This document shows positions 10,866 through 12,757 of a DNA stretch of 12,757 bases, in pieces. A model generated the notes under the pieces. That model searched no databases. It had not been told where the DNA came from and saw only the letters and a list, made by a program, of their open reading frames with translations. A program made the translations under genes and the position numbers. This DNA is from Octopus sinensis (taxonomy: Eukaryota), in assembly GCF_006345805.1 (NCBI RefSeq), contig NW_021826454.1, positions 1 to 12,757 of the forward strand, in the 5' to 3' direction. Position 1 is the first letter of the stretch; the number at the start of each line of letters is the position of its first letter.

Positions 10866-11456
10866 TAATCTCAGTACACCGCATTTTCTCACATCTAGAG
10901 ACCTTCCAAATTACATTATATATTATGAAATGATTACATAAACTCAAGTACTCCCATGTTCTCACATCTTGAGACGCTCCCAATTGTAAATATATTAGGC
11001 AATCCTTAAATAATCTCAAGGACCCCCATGTCTTCAAATCTAGGAACATCTCTTAATTGCATAATATATAACGCAAATATTACATAATTTCAAGTACACA
11101 CATTTTCTCACATCTAGAGACCTTCCAAAATTACATTATATATTATGAAATGAATTACATAAACTCAAGTACTCCCATGTTCTCACATCTTGAGACGCTC
11201 CCAAATTGTAAAATATGTTAGGCATTCTTTAAATAATCTCAAGTACCCCTTGTCTTCAAATCTATGGACGTCTCTTAATTGCATAATATATTACGCAAAT
11301 AATTACATAATTTCAAGTACACACAATTCCTAACATCTAGAGACCTTCCAAATTACATTATATATTATGAAATTAATTACATAAACTCAAGTACTCAAAT
11401 GTTTTCACATCTTGAGACGCTCCCAAATTGTAAAATATATTAGGCAATTCTTTAAA

Positions 11457-12757
11457 TAATCTCAAGTAACCCAATGTCTTCAAATCTAGGGACATTCTTA
11501 TTTGATAATATTAACGCAATATATTACATAATCTCAAGTACACGCATTTTCTCATATCTGAGACCTTCCAAATTACATTATATATTATGAAATTAATTAC
11601 ATAATCTCAAGTATTCCATGTTCTCACATCTGGAGACGCTCACAAATTTTAAAATATATTACACAATTCATTAAATAATCTAAGTACCCCCATGTCTTCC
11701 AATCTAGGGACATCTCTTAATTGCATAATATATAACGCAATATATTACATAATCTCAAGTACTCCCATGTTCTCACATCTTGAGACGCTCCCAAATTGTA
11801 AAATATGTTAGGCAATTCATTAAATAATCTAAAGTACCCCAATGTCTTGCAATCTAGGGACATCTCTTAATTGCATAATATATAACGCAATATATTACAT
11901 AATCTCAAGTACATGCATTTTCTCATCATCTAGAGACCTTCCAATTACATTATATATTATGAAATTATTACATAAACTCAAGTCTCCCATGTTCTCACAT
12001 CTTGAGACGCTCCCAAATTGTAAAATATGTTAGGCAATTCTTTAAATAATCTCAAGGACCCCATGTCTTCAAATCTAGGGACATCTCTTAATTGCATAAT
12101 ATATAACACAATTATTACATAATCTCAATTACACCCATTTTCTCAAATCTAGAGACTTTCAAATTACATTATATATTATGAAATTAATTACATAATCTCA
12201 AGTACTCTCATGTTCTCACATCTTGAGACGCTCCCAATTGTAAAAATATTACGCAATTCATTAAATAATCTCAAGTACCACCCTGGTCCTCAAATCTAGG
12301 GACATGTCTTATTTGCATAATATATAACGCATATATTACATAATCTCACGTACACGCATTTTCTCATATCTTGAGACCTTCCAATTACCTTATATATTAT
12401 GAAATTAATTACATAATCTCAAGTATTTCCATGTTCTCACATCTTGAGACGCTCACAATTTTAAAAATATTACAAATTCATTAAATAATCTAAAGTACCC
12501 CAATGTCTTCCAATCTAGGGACATCTCTTAATTGCATAATATATAACGCAATATATTACATAATCTCAATACTCCCATGTTTCTCACATCTTGAGACGCT
12601 CCAAATTGTAAAATATGTTAGGCAATTCATTAAATAATCTAAAGTACCCCAATGTCTTGCAATCTAGGACATCTCTTAATTGCATAATATATAACGCAAT
12701 ATTACATAATTTCAAGTACACGCATTTCTCACATCTAGAGACCTTTCAAATTACATT
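11457..12757. repeat. Tandem 11-subunit cassettes (~810 bp period, ~1.6 copies to window end)
   Basis: B(ctcatatc) at 11529 and 12341; A(cttccaat) at 11676 and 12486; A(cttgcaat) at 11825 and 12635. Confidence 0.88.

Larger units (their letters stand above)
1..12757. repeat. AT-rich tandem satellite array of ~174 homologous 74-75 bp subunits (types A, B, C); dominant unit ABC ~224 bp; array runs off both window ends
   Basis: Every position parses into subunits starting taatctcaa(g/t)tac and ending tta(c/a)a. Type-diagnostic cores: A gtcttcaaatcta(g/t)ggacat, B ctagagacc, C cttgagacgctc. No unique sequence and no inverted segment seen. Confidence 0.99.

Noticed and set aside
6135-11049. LRR-like look of the minus-strand peptide FKELPNIFYNL from subunit C
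   Set aside because: The same frame is closed by TAA in A and B, the downstream LxxLxL pattern is absent, and no continuous ORF exists.
3065-12033. All 13 ORFs in the supplied track (62-137 aa)
   Set aside because: They are translations of satellite subunits (recurrent SHLETLPNC, NCIIYNAINY, FKELPNIF). They stay open only where singleton indels bridge the stops present in the consensus (B frameshift, C TAG/TAA), and homologous copies are closed.
1-12757. CRISPR-like appearance (conserved attacataatctcaagtac block every ~75 bp)
   Set aside because: The intervening segments are not unique spacers but three recurring, mutually homologous sequences. No leader or cas gene is present.
1-12757. 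Synthetic Golden Gate concatemer (BbsI/BsaI/BsmBI/XbaI sites in every unit)
   Set aside because: Subfamily SNPs, nested duplications, hybrid subunits and a shared deletion scar indicate natural evolution. There is no vector, marker or designed overhang pattern.
1-12757. Telomeric repeat, given the C-rich strand and taccc motifs
   Set aside because: There is no short tandem telomere motif; the ccc runs occur once per 75-bp unit.
1-12757. TATA-like or promoter-like AT tracts (tatataa, tatatt)
   Set aside because: These are part of every subunit in ~70% AT DNA and there is no downstream gene, so no regulatory role is supported.
1-12757. Transposon, LTR, tRNA or rRNA remnants, or inverted array segments
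   Set aside because: No non-satellite sequence, terminal repeats, target-site duplications or strand switches were found when parsing end to end.

Overview
The whole window (1-12757) is one uninterrupted, head-to-tail, AT-rich (~30% GC from the consensus) tandem satellite array. I find no credible gene, RNA gene, CRISPR array or mobile element. By hand I parsed it into ~174 subunits of three homologous types. A (75 bp): taatctcaagtacccccatgtcttcaaatctagggacatgtcttaattgcataatatataacgcaattaattaca. B (74 bp): taatctcaattacacccattttctcacatctagagaccttccaaattacattatatattatgaaattaattaca. C (75 bp): taatctcaagtactcccatgttctcacatcttgagacgctcccaaattgtaaaatatattaggcaattctttaaa. Consensus pairwise identity is ~75-79% by manual alignment. 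The subunits form nested higher-order repeats that change along the window: ABABC-type units (1-3604), ABCAC (3605-4572), a 30-subunit ~2.2 kb unit twice (4573-9020), a 9-subunit unit twice (9533-10865), and an 11-subunit cassette found four times, whose collapsed 93-bp remnant occurs twice. Transitions are restricted: C->B and same-type neighbours never occur. Patchy 1-2 bp indels, mostly deletions, suggest noisy long-read sequence. All listed ORFs are repeat artefacts. I do not recognise the satellite family or organism; the architecture is typical of eukaryotic heterochromatic or centromeric satellite (inference).
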